In this document: piece after piece, positions 1 through 10,724 of the stretch
Layout of the letters: every line of letters begins with the position of its first letter
Position numbering within the stretch: position 1 is the first letter of the stretch
Assembly: GCA_002269645.1 (NCBI GenBank)
Contig: NIVC01000195.1
Span: 1 to 64,000, forward strand
Source: Macrostomum lignano
Lineage: Eukaryota
Direction: 5' to 3'
DNA: 64,000 bases
Made by a program: the position numbers and the translations under genes
Notes under the pieces: model-generated
The model's input: the letters and a program-made list of their open reading frames with translations, nothing else
What the model was told of the DNA's origin: nothing
The model's database searches: none

Positions 1-881
1 GATAATGATGCTGGTAATTGCTTCATCTGGCGAGTTATCCGTGCCCCGGTCCGCTCGCTGAGCATGATATTTTGTCAAATGAGCGAATAAGTGTTTGGCT
101 GAGGCGCTTGGGAAAAAACTCCCATCGGCCCGGCTCATAACCAACTCGAGCGACTCCCGGCCCGTCCCACTCCCTGCAATTTCGGCCGCCCCCTCGACCC
201 GGCTGCCTCAAATGCCAGCCGAGATGCGAGGTAATTAGCCGGAGAGATTACCGGCGCAAATTATGACTTGAAAGCCGCCGCTTGCCCAGGCCGAGCCGGC
301 CCGCCCAATGCTGAGGCACGTCCGGGGCCTACGCAGGGCCATAAGGCGGTCCCAATTAAGGAGAAGCTATCATAGATGGGTGGGGGAGCCCAGCATCCCA
401 GCCATCATCAACAATATGTTTTCTGCGATGGCTCGGGACCCTCGCTTCTTCCATCCTCAGAATTACCGCTTTGCTCACGCCCATTCTCCTTACCCGCGAG
501 GGAAAGGGGCGATACTGTCTCCATGCTCAGGCTCCTAACTGCTCCATCAGCATCCGCCTTGCCCCGCGGGAGAAGCTGCCGGGGAAGGAGAGAGCAGGAG
601 GATGAAAGTTGTCTCATTTGGGCTGGCCGGGGGACACGGCAAAGTCTCCGAAATCGCCACGCCCAGGTAGAAGGCCCTAGCGGACAGGGGAGCCCATTGA
701 GGGACTCATTAATTGAGGTTGCGGGAGGCAAGATATTGGCAGGGCTGGGGCCAGTCCGGCGTGGACGTGACCTCATCGACAGTTCGTCTGTCCACAGCCA
801 CAGCTCCCGGGCCCCTCCGCGGTCGGGCCACAGCAGGCCACAGCATGCAGCTCGCAGCCCCGCCCCCTTGCCCCTTTGCAG

Positions 882-998
882 ATAAAAATCTGGTTCCAGA
901 ACCGGCGCACCAAGTGGAAGAAGCAGGAGAACATCTCCAACGTTGAGGCTCAGCAGTACCGCCAGCAGGTCGGCAGGACAAGGCCGAGGGCCGGCTGA
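882..998 (+). CDS. NK7: Terminal coding exon of an NK-class homeobox gene, best match NK7 (helix 3 plus downstream motif); upstream exons not found in window
   Basis: Acceptor cccctttgcag at 881, then IKIWFQNRRTKWKKQENISNVEAQQYR; intron at the classic Q/VKIWFQN position; KKQENISN extension recalled as NK7-type. In-frame TGA at 996-998 may be premature (see findings). Confidence 0.75.
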   Translation: MKIWFQNRRTKWKKQENISNVEAQQYRQQVGRTRPRAG

Positions 999-3987
999 CG
1001 CGGACGGCGATGAGGACGAGGCTGACAGTCGAGAGCACCAACAGCAGCAGCTGCAGCAGGGAGCTGCGCCGTGTTGCCCAGAACCTGTCGCAGGCCCCAG
1101 CTGGGCCTGGCTTGGCTCAGTGGCTCCGTTCTTGGCGACGGGGAGGCCAGCAGTTGCTTCGTGGCCGGCCGTGCAACCGCGGATGACTAGCTGGGAGCGA
1201 ATAAGAGTTTTGATAACACAGCTTACTCGGACAACTCGGATGTCTGTGCTGCTGAGCTGAACTTCCTGCAACCCATTCGATACATTATTGAGAACCAAGT
1301 CCCTCCGATCCGATCATCATTTCTTATCATGCGTTATAAAATTTATTCTCGCACAACGCAACCGTAAGCTGTTGGCGGAAGTTGCAATAAATTAGATGAA
1401 GGATGCCAGCATAAAGGTTACTTTACTATGAGTTTTTTGTCGGATCCTCGTGAATATCATCAATATAAAATTATTTCCTTGCTACTTACTTTCGGACTTG
1501 AGTAGCATCCTGAGCACGCGGTAGCTGAAGTTTCATGAACGCCTTCTCCGAAGCATGAATGCCTCGACCTCCTGCCGGCGCGCACCCGCTCACTTCTACG
1601 TTGATATTATTAGATAAAACCTTATTGGACAGCGTTTCGACTTACTCGACTGTTTCACATTGCAGATGCTTGCAATTCAAAAAAATTCTCTATTGAACTA
1701 CCGGATTCGAATTGCGTGCTTTGAGTACAGCAGCTTCGTTTGGTCAGGGTGGCAACGTCTTTCTGGACTAGGCCGTAGATCCTTTGCAGTCCGAATTGCA
1801 TGAGACTTTTAACATACTTCAGTAGTAGCTATCAGTGCAGATTAGCCACAATTGTACCAGTAGAAGCAGGTTTATTTAGCTGAAATCCCAATGCTCTTTA
1901 AATTGCGATTGAAGTACTGAGGAGCTAAGGGCCGACTTGGTAAACTCTTTACTTATCAGTATATGAACCTGTCAGTTTATTTGCATGATCAAATAAAACT
2001 ACTGTGGGTGTAGAACTACATTATTTAAAACCAAGATGAACTTCGACTAAACGAAGCATTAGCCCTTGTCTTGGAGATTTCTGCATGAATCTCGCAGGAC
2101 AGTGCTCAAAGTTACTTAAAATTGCTTCATCAGAATGTGGCCGCATTGCAGAGGCGTTATTCTTGGTACAATTTCCTCTGCATCTAGCTTCATTAGTGGC
2201 GGGATGTTCCAAAGAATTTCTAGAAGAAACATTCGGTTTTCTGAAAACAGCTCGAGCTCAGATCGCACTATTCTGCAGCGAGGATCTGCAGAAAGAGGAT
2301 CTGCATGGAGGTTGTTTATGGTCGCAGCGGGTGTCTCCTACATCCTCGGTATGAGTCTTAGAATCCCTTAGGCAGCGGAGATAAGCCTGCTCCGAGAGTG
2401 AGGGAAAAGGGGGAAAGGAAGGCGAGGAAAGAGAAAGCGAGAGACCAAGGAAGGCGGTTTCGGCGAGACTGTGAGGATAATTTATTGGTCCATTCACCGG
2501 CTCCGTCCGCCCAACCGCTCATGCGCTTCCTTCCGCTCGGCTTCAGTTCTGCCCCAACTCTGCAGCAATGGACTGCCGAGCGAGCGAGAGGAGGGAGGCT
2601 GCAGGACGCGGATGAAACGATGGAGGAGACGCATGACAGGACGAGTAGGCGATAGTGCGGGAATGAACCAGAGTTAGTTCTGTTCTTGTTCTCAGAGGGG
2701 GAGAACAAGTGTAGACTGTAATGGAGGCCCTTGTTTGGACTCTGAAGTATCGGATGGATCCAGGTTTGATTTCACGCGCGGTAGCATGCAGCATTAACTT
2801 GTGAATCGTGCGGGCGATTCTCGCCAATAGACCAACCCTTAAAAGGCAAGCTCAAATGTGTGCAGTGTATGAGCGAATGGGCATGATCACTGCTTCCCTT
2901 CTTGCTGGCTGCAGATTTGCGGCGTGCCATACTGAATTTATCTAAGTAGCTGATCTGTTCACTGCTCTGCTACTCTCGAGTCTGAGCGCACCACCTGGAT
3001 GCGGGTTAGAGAAATAAAACGCGCAGTCGGCAAGTAGGCACAGGCTTATATAGAATGGCGGCAGGTAAAGCCACTTTGATTTAGTTAAAGCGGAATATAT
3101 TTAATTAGCGAGCTATGCACGTACGATAATGTTTTTATTGCCATGAATGGCGTGACCAAGTGACAATGCTTGCAGGTTGAGTGAGCCAGTTAAGCGCGTG
3201 ACTCGGTCGGGTCTTTCGCCTTTAAGCAAACGCATCATTTGTTCGTTCTACGAGTAATCGGGACGTGGTCGGCGTCGACTGGGAGATGGCGGCGATGGAC
3301 TTTAAACTACACGACGGAGGGCTTGAGTCCACACGCGCACACGAAGCACAGGTCACAGAGTGAAGAGCGACTGAGCTGGGGAACACCGCAATAGTTTAAT
3401 TTAGCTAGTTTGCTGCTCACGGCCACAATGAGACAGTGGGGAGAGAAACGGCCATAAAGCTTTTTGGGTTCTTTCAATTGTTTGCTAAGCTATAAGCCAA
3501 GCTACGAGCGTATCTCCGCCCTTGGGCTGATGTCGCAATGCAGTGCACAGATGCGATGACAGTGCAATGATAGGAGTATTTCGGAGACGCAGAGAAGGCT
3601 GGGAGATGGGTCGGCAGGCTTTGACTGGCGATGATGCAAGAGGGCAATCGATGACTATTGATGTGTACTGCCCTCGTCGATCTTTGCAAAGAAACGTCTA
3701 CAGTAAGCTCCAATCTTATCTGATCTATGAAGTATGCAATATGTAAATAGATATAGACAATCAAAATAAAAAGCACTGAAAATTAATCGTCGTATACAGA
3801 TCATTGACCAATAGAGAACGTCCACGATCAAGTGCTGAGTCAATAATCAGTAAGATACCTATATGAGTTGGGTTTGTGTTGAATATATGACAGCAATGGT
3901 CCCTGGAGACAAGGGAGAGGCAGCTCCCGAGTCCCAGCGACTGGCGAAAACCGAAACAAGTGGACAGAGAGAGAGAACGAACAGGTG

Positions 3988-5028
3988 TCACTTGGCAGTC
4001 CAGATGAAGCTGTTGTTGTCCCAGGCGCCAGTGGCCACAGCCAGCCCGCTGGGACTGATGCCCAGACAGGAGATGCGGTTGTCGTGGCCCAGCATGATGC
4101 CTACCCGCTCTTCCAGCAGCGTGTCCCACACGTGGCAGTTGTAATCGTCGTAACCTGCAATGAGAAGGCGGCCGCTGCGGGACACGGACAGACACGTGCT
4201 ACCACACTGGATGAATTCGTCACTGAAGTTGGCGAGCATCTGATCGGCGCGGATGTCCCACATGCGGCAGCTGCCGTCGTCGGAAGAGGTGGCGAAGGCG
4301 TAGTCGCACTGCGGAAAGTAGTCGACGCCGTTGACGTCCATCTCGTGGCCCTCGTAGGTGGCCCGGCAGTGGCGCTCGCGCAAGTCCCACAGCTTGGCAG
4401 TGTGGTCGCTGGAGGCGCTGACAAAGTGGCGGTGGCTGTCGGCGAGTGCCAGCGCGTTCACGTCGTTATCGTGGCCCTCAAAGCGGTGCACAATTTTTCC
4501 GGTCTCCAGGTCCCAGAAGGCGCAGGTTTTGTCGCCTGACGAGGTGACACAGTGCTTGGCGTCAGTGAATCGGATGCAGGCCAGGTAGCCATCATGGCCT
4601 GTGAGCTCCACCGGCTCTGCCTCAGTGTCATCCAGGTTGTGGATGGACAGCAGGTTGTCCAGGCCGCCGCTAGCCACCCGGGTGTTGTCGGGGTTGAACC
4701 GGCAGGACATGACCCAGGCAGTCTTCAGGAAGATGGCGTTCAGCTTGGCGCAGGAGAACGCGTCCCACAGGAAGATCTTGCCATCCTGACCGGCTGTGAT
4801 AAGGTTGGTGGACTCGTTGCCCCACTGCAGATCTGTCAGCTTGGCCAGGTGACCGTGAAGCTCCTTGCGCACCTTGAACTTCAGCCGGCCGAGGGGCTGC
4901 TGGTTCTCGGTGGCTGTCACGTAGTCGGCGTCGGCGACCTCCTTGCGCGCAACCTTGATCTTTGCCTTCATCTCCTTGATCTCTTCCATGAGCTTCTGCT
5001 CCTCCTCGCACGGCTGATCATCGTCCAT
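3988..5028 (-). CDS. GNB: Heterotrimeric G-protein beta subunit, divergent, intronless CDS (346 aa)
   Basis: ORF 3988..5046; first ATG at 5028 (MDDDQ), GTG at 5046 overlaps an acceptor. N-terminal coiled coil plus 7 WD40 repeats with G-beta motifs GHLAK, QDGK, AWVM, GGLDN, GHDGYL, SGDKTC, GHEMDVN, GHDNRISCLG, GAWD. Confidence 0.95.
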   Translation of the reverse strand: MDDDQPCEEEQKLMEEIKEMKAKIKVARKEVADADYVTATENQQPLGRLKFKVRKELHGHLAKLTDLQWGNESTNLITAGQDGKIFLWDAFSCAKLNAIFLKTAWVMSCRFNPDNTRVASGGLDNLLSIHNLDDTEAEPVELTGHDGYLACIRFTDAKHCVTSSGDKTCAFWDLETGKIVHRFEGHDNDVNALALADSHRHFVSASSDHTAKLWDLRERHCRATYEGHEMDVNGVDYFPQCDYAFATSSDDGSCRMWDIRADQMLANFSDEFIQCGSTCLSVSRSGRLLIAGYDDYNCHVWDTLLEERVGIMLGHDNRISCLGISPSGLAVATGAWDNNSFIWTAK

Positions 5029-6894
5029 GCCTTGGCTGTTTCTCACTGTGCAGGCCGCAGCTGTCGGTTTGTTTTCTGGGGGCGCCTCTTGGCTGGCGAT
5101 AAAGTCCGAGACTGCGCAGCTCAGGGGTGCAAGCAGGCTTAAAGCTGTAGTTAGGCAGTCAAAGAAAATATCGGAGTGTCAGATTTTCCTGCTTGGCTTG
5201 CTCCCCTCTCGAGTCTGTGAACTCAGCTCACCCTCCCTGACTCTGTTGTATGCGGAGCGGCCTGTTTCCCCACTCGCCTTGAGAAGTCGGCTAACGCTAA
5301 AGCAAGGGAAGAAGGGAAATCTGGACCGGCTGAAAACAGACACAGGCTCGGGTGTACCCTGGGGGGTATCTCTTCCCTTACTGCCTTTCCACTCTTTTCT
5401 TCCCTCTACATAACCCTCGCTAGAATTGTGGAGAGACGAGAGTGCAGTCTAGGACGGGGGTGAACTGGGGTGGATCGGAGGGTATGGAAAGGACTTCAGA
5501 TTTTGGGGGGCTGCGCACGACCCAGCCCCTGACAGAAAGTTATCGATCGGAATCGCTCGCCACACCAGTGAATCGGGGGTGGGGAAAGCGTGCTGGTGGC
5601 GGAGGGGGCGGGCCGCAGCGCACGTGCTTAAACCCCCCAACCCCCATCCCACACGGATCAATAACTTTGCGCGCGCGAGGCCTCCCTTCTGCGCGTACCG
5701 CACGGGGCTGGGGAGACACGAAGCGCCTTCTCGTGCTTTGCTATTTGCCCCGCATTATTTCTAATTAAGTCGTCGCCTATCAGCCCCCGCCACCCCCTCA
5801 GTCCTCATCCCTATCCATCTCGCTCCGCCCGCCCTGTTCACTGCAGTTATTCCTGCCCGCTACTCCTGGCCTGTCCTGTCCGGCCAATTCTGCGCGAGAG
5901 TGGGGCAAAACTGCGCAGCGCCCCTCTCTCCCCTACGGCCCTACCCCAAACCCCTATCCATGTCCCCGCAGTCCTCCACGCAAACTTGCAGCGAACAGGA
6001 AGAACTTCTCTGGGCCCTGCCCCTGCCACTGAAGTGAAGAAGCATTGCATGCCTGCCAAAGCTGCCAGAGACAGAAAGCAGACCCCTCAGCCTCAACTCC
6101 TCCCCAGTCTGCATGCCCTGCTGCACAAAGTGGCTGACGGCCACTGCCACTAAGCTAGCATTGCTGGCGTATCTGCGGTGGCTGCGGTGGTGTGGAGGGG
6201 TTGGTTCGCTACTTCCTGCTGCAGGTGGAAGGAAACTTGCGCTGTGCGGAAATTTAAGCAATATCTGACACTGCAAAACTGCTACATGAGTGCTACGTAC
6301 TGTCTGTGTGTCATGTACTGTGCCATTTGCGCACACAATGTTTTCAGCTATAAAAATGGAACTTGTACAATAAAAAAGCCACGTATACTACTAATAGCTT
6401 TCATAGCGAACTGGCTGTGGCTGCTGCCCAATTCGAGTATGATATTATTGAAAATTTTATTTGCTAAGATACAGCACGCAGGCACGCAGCTCGGCACGGC
6501 TGAGCTCTTATCTCGCTGACACTTTTGATTTACTGCAATGCGCCTACAGAGGTTTCCTAGCGTTTTGTTTAATGAAGAAGTCTTTATATTGGGTAGAATT
6601 TGGAACACTAATAGAGGCTTCGAGTGTTCCTATGCTTTTATTTGGAGTTCCACTGGAATATAACATAAATTTATGGTCAAATTTTCGAGTTGAATGTATA
6701 TGCGGACATGGCTTGCTCAAGCAATGCGTATATGCCATGCCCCACAGAAGGCAACAAGTAGTATGAAGACGCACACGTCTTTTTGCCACCAGTGAACGGG
6801 CTTCTTTTTAGACGTGGGTCTTCATACTACTTGATAAACCTAGTTTTGTACCGATGAAAAAGAACTTTGAGAAGCTCAATAAAAATCTAAATCT

Positions 6895-7050
6895 CTACTT
6901 CTCCCATTTTCTCTCTTTGTCTGTTCTGTTTCTCTCCACTCTAATCTCTCTCTAGTCTCCCCTCTCCTCTCCTCTCGCTTCTAGCTCTCGTTTTATCTCT
7001 TATCTTCTCTTTAGTCTTATCTCTTCTCTATTCTCTTTCTCTCTCATCTG
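6895..7050 (+). repeat. CT-rich degenerate microsatellite
   Basis: Runs of ctct/ttctct. Confidence 0.8.
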
Positions 7051-8812
7051 ACCCGCAGCCATGAGCTGGAATCGAGTCTTCTATAATAGGCTTTAGAAGG
7101 CCTCGATATAAAAAAATTTCTAATGACTCCAGAGCGTAGCAGGGTTATATTTTGCAAAGAAAGCTATAAATAAAGTCTTTCCAAAACACTGTACATACCT
7201 ACTTCAGAAGCCGTATCGCCTGACTTTTTAGTCGGGGGAGGATTGTACACGTAGTGACTTGGATCTTGCGCCCGACAAACTTTGTACTGGGCTTGCAATT
7301 CAAATGTGCAGTTAAAGAGCTAAATTTAATACGAAATTCTAATCACGTGACGCCCGTTTATCGATCTAATTTTCCTTGGTCTGTGTGCGAGTCAAATGAA
7401 GCTCTATTACACGCCCTCCAAACCAAGCCGCCAAGCCCTCTCGCGTTGCCACAACCCCACTTGGAAGGGACGGGTGTGTACATTGTATGTACGATTATTC
7501 CTTCCTTTCCTTTCCTTTCTAACCAGCTTAACTCAGCCCAACGCCAAAGCCATGCAAGCAATCGCATGCAAATGCAAATTATGCAAAGCGGTATGAATCT
7601 GATGAATTTTGGTGCAAAAAATGCATTTTTTACCTCAAAAGAACATCGAATGGTTATGAAACTCAAGAAATCTGTTAAATTAGCTGTATGGAATACTGTG
7701 CATTGGTTTCAGTTCAAAATTCTTACCATTTCCAGTTTAAATAGCCCCGGAACTAACATAAAAGTAAAAAGTCAAGTTTTCAGTTTTTTATCGATAATTT
7801 TTTACTCAATAAACCGAATCTCTAGAAATTGCACACAAATATGCCTCGTTTTTGGGAAATCAGCCGTCATAAAAATAATGCCGTCTTATTGCGTTTTTTT
7901 GCCTGATTTCAAGCAAAATATTAAAAAATCACTACTCTGATCGATTTCCAATCACTTTTGACACATGAGCACTTGTTGCAGACACTCAAAAACTTGGTCA
8001 ATTTTAGCCAGACATTAGTACAACTCGTTGCAGTATCCGCATTTGATCTAGCATTCTTTTAAAATTTTAATCACCCATTTTTCTGGCACCCAATCAGCCA
8101 AAAATCACAAATTATCGATTTCTGATCGATTTTTCAATCCGAAAGCAGCGAAAGCAGACGGCAGCAATTTACACCAATATAGTATAGCAACTATGCTATA
8201 GAAATTCGAAGTCGGATTATTCGCACCATGTTCTCAAAATTATAATGAGCAATAATGCGAAAGTCATGTAATTTTTTGAAAAATCGATTTTTGTCAATTT
8301 TCTCAGCACTGCAGAAGCGTAGGAAAACAAAGCTGTAGACACTTGTAGATATTTGCATTGCGCATCCAACTGCACTGCTTTGAAGCCGAAACTCAAAAAG
8401 CTTCGTAGGAAAAAGTGGGGAAATAATAAAATGAGGGTCATTTTTTTACCCAAAAAACCCACCAAAACTACATAAAGATACCAAAATAAATCAAAGCGCC
8501 ATATACCATTTTGTAGGAAATTTAGTTTTACAACTTTGATCCTCAGATGTCGAAGCTGTATCTCGTAAGGTGTACCAGAATTTTGAGATCTCCTAGAAGC
8601 ACTTTTGAAAAAATCGTCTTTCCAGTTAATTTACGGCTCATTTAAAAAATCTCTGCATTTAAAAGTACATTCATTCGATAGATCTAAAAGTTTTCTATCG
8701 ATCGACACCTCACTCAACTCAATCGGTGCAGTGGTTGCAAAACAGGAGCATTTTTTAGCAAAAAAACGTGAAATTTCAAAATGCATAAGAGTCTAACTTA
8801 TTTACTCGTAAA

Positions 8813-8959
8813 TACTTTCTAGCCCATGTCGGCCTTCGGCCGCCATGGGTAGAAATTATTCACTCGCCCTCGGCCCCTGGCGGGGCCTCGGGTTCTCTCG
8901 CTCTCGCCCGACGCCGCCTTCGGCGGCGCCGGGCTCGGCTCGTTCACTGGTGGAACTAG
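8813..8959 (+). mobile_element. GC-rich multi-hairpin end of an AT-rich non-autonomous element (Helitron/Helentron-like 3' end)
   Basis: Hairpins ttctagcccatgtcggcc-TTC-ggccgccatgggtagaa and gcccgacgccgcc-TTC-ggcggcgccgggc (8906-8934), followed by CTGG|T at 8947-8951 and CTAG at 8956-8959; terminates an AT-rich block from about 7080. Confidence 0.35.
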
Positions 8960-10724
8960 GTTCCCAAAAAATCAAACAAAAAGGGTAACCCAGGGGCTCC
9001 ATCAGAAGCAGTGTCAACAGCAGCAATGAATTGAATGTCAGGATGTCAGAGCTCCGTGTTGAGTGTCAAGAATCACTATTTAGGGTGTTAGGGGGCAGAG
9101 CAGCTCAGCGGTAATCAGGAGTCAGCAGAGTGGGTAGAATTGTCTCAGAGCCGGCTGTGAGACAATGTCACCGAAGGGTGTCCATGCAGCCCTCCTGCTA
9201 CGAGTATTATTATTCATATATTAATATGATTGGGGTGTCAGGGCTGTCAGAATGTTGAGTGTCAGGAGTCGCTTTCTAGGGTTTCAGGGCCACCAAGCCC
9301 AAGGGACCTCGCACACTCGCAGGCACTTACTGACTAAATCAAAGTCGAACAATTTCTGGCAATGAAGGGCAATGTCGCATCGTCCAATCCCCGAAATCTC
9401 ACCAGTCCTATCCCGTACATCCCCTTCTCCCTGCCAGATCCCCGCCGTGTCAGGGGAGTGGAGTGAGCCCGCGGGGTGCTTAATCCGCTCACCGCTGCCC
9501 AGCCGACAGCGATCTGCTCATCCCGGACCCAATAAATCTCATATGACAGCGGAATCACACCGTCACCCGCCCTGCCATTAGGCCAATAATAACTACCTTT
9601 ACTCGAACTTAATTAGCTAGTCGGCTCAAGCGAACTTCTCCCCAGGGAGGGGTGGGCATGCAAGACGAATTGGGACTTTCAAATGGAGAAGCCGAGGGCA
9701 GATTCGAACCCGGGACACCTATATGAGCTCCACTGGATTAGAAGCAAGTGAAGGAGTCTTTGCTCCTCCCTCCGTGGAGTCCCTGAAATATACTGTTTTG
9801 CAGTAAGTAGTATATTGCGGATTGTAACAATATATAATATTGTAGTACGAGTATATAATATATTTCAACGAGAATATTATAGCTCAAAATTGATCAACGG
9901 GACAAAAAAGGGATGCCAACACAAATATTATTTATTGCAGATTGGGACAACACCAAGAAAGATTCTAGGAAAGCACAAAAGAAGGCGAATAAGCAAATTT
10001 TTTATAGCAAACTTTGCACGTGACACTTATCAGCTTGAAAAAATAATATATCGATTCCATAGTAGGACGTGGCAACACCAAACCACAAAGTAGTTCTGTG
10101 CAAAAATAAATCCGTGCTGAACAGGTGCGGCTGCAGCAAAACGGAGGCAGAAAACCGGAACTGCCGCAGCCGCAGGAGGCCGGTTAGGTGCGATCAGAAT
10201 AGAACCAACAAAGTTTTTTACACACACAGGTAGAGTTTATTTTACAGAAACTGGTGCCGAGAAAACTTTGAATAAGTTAAAAAAAACAATAAAAATGTAG
10301 AATGAAAAAATTGCCGCTCAACCTCGAGCGATAAAAAATTTGGTGATTGCGTGAGCCAGCGTTGGGGGGGGGTCCTTTAGCCGCTGGGGGCTCTGCATGG
10401 GCGCTACCGCAAATCACAGCCGATCAATCAGCTAGGAGGCAAGCAGTCCTGCCAACTCCGCTGACCCCTGACCCCGGACAGATGCGTACGCCAATTTGAT
10501 TCTGCATTGAGCCCGCCACCGCAGACGCAGTTTTGGCATGGCAGCTCAGCTACAACTGAGGCGCAAAGCGGAGCAGCCAATCAGAGCGGAGAGAGGGGTG
10601 AGAATGACGCAGGGGTGCGCATGTACAACAACCTACACTGGGCTCGGGTCGCGGCCAGAGTCCTCAAGTGCTGAGTCGGTGGGTGCTGAGGGGGGAAAGT
10701 AGCAGAAAAAGTTCAGCAAGCGAG

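Noticed and set aside
408-1298. 296-aa minus-strand ORF
   Set aside because: Antisense shadow of the GC-rich homeobox exon.
1715-1800. FEYSSFVWSG resembling the non-LTR retrotransposon LEYASxVW motif
   Set aside because: Too short and no other RT motifs nearby.
3985-5142. Plus-strand ORFs overlapping G-beta, and similar antisense ORFs over LMBRD2, Nova and RNF217
   Set aside because: Antisense shadows caused by GC3-biased codons; no recognisable domains.
9690-9770. tRNA-like B-box (gattcgaaccc) as a tRNA gene; similar at ~13560
   Set aside because: No cloverleaf could be built; at most SINE debris.
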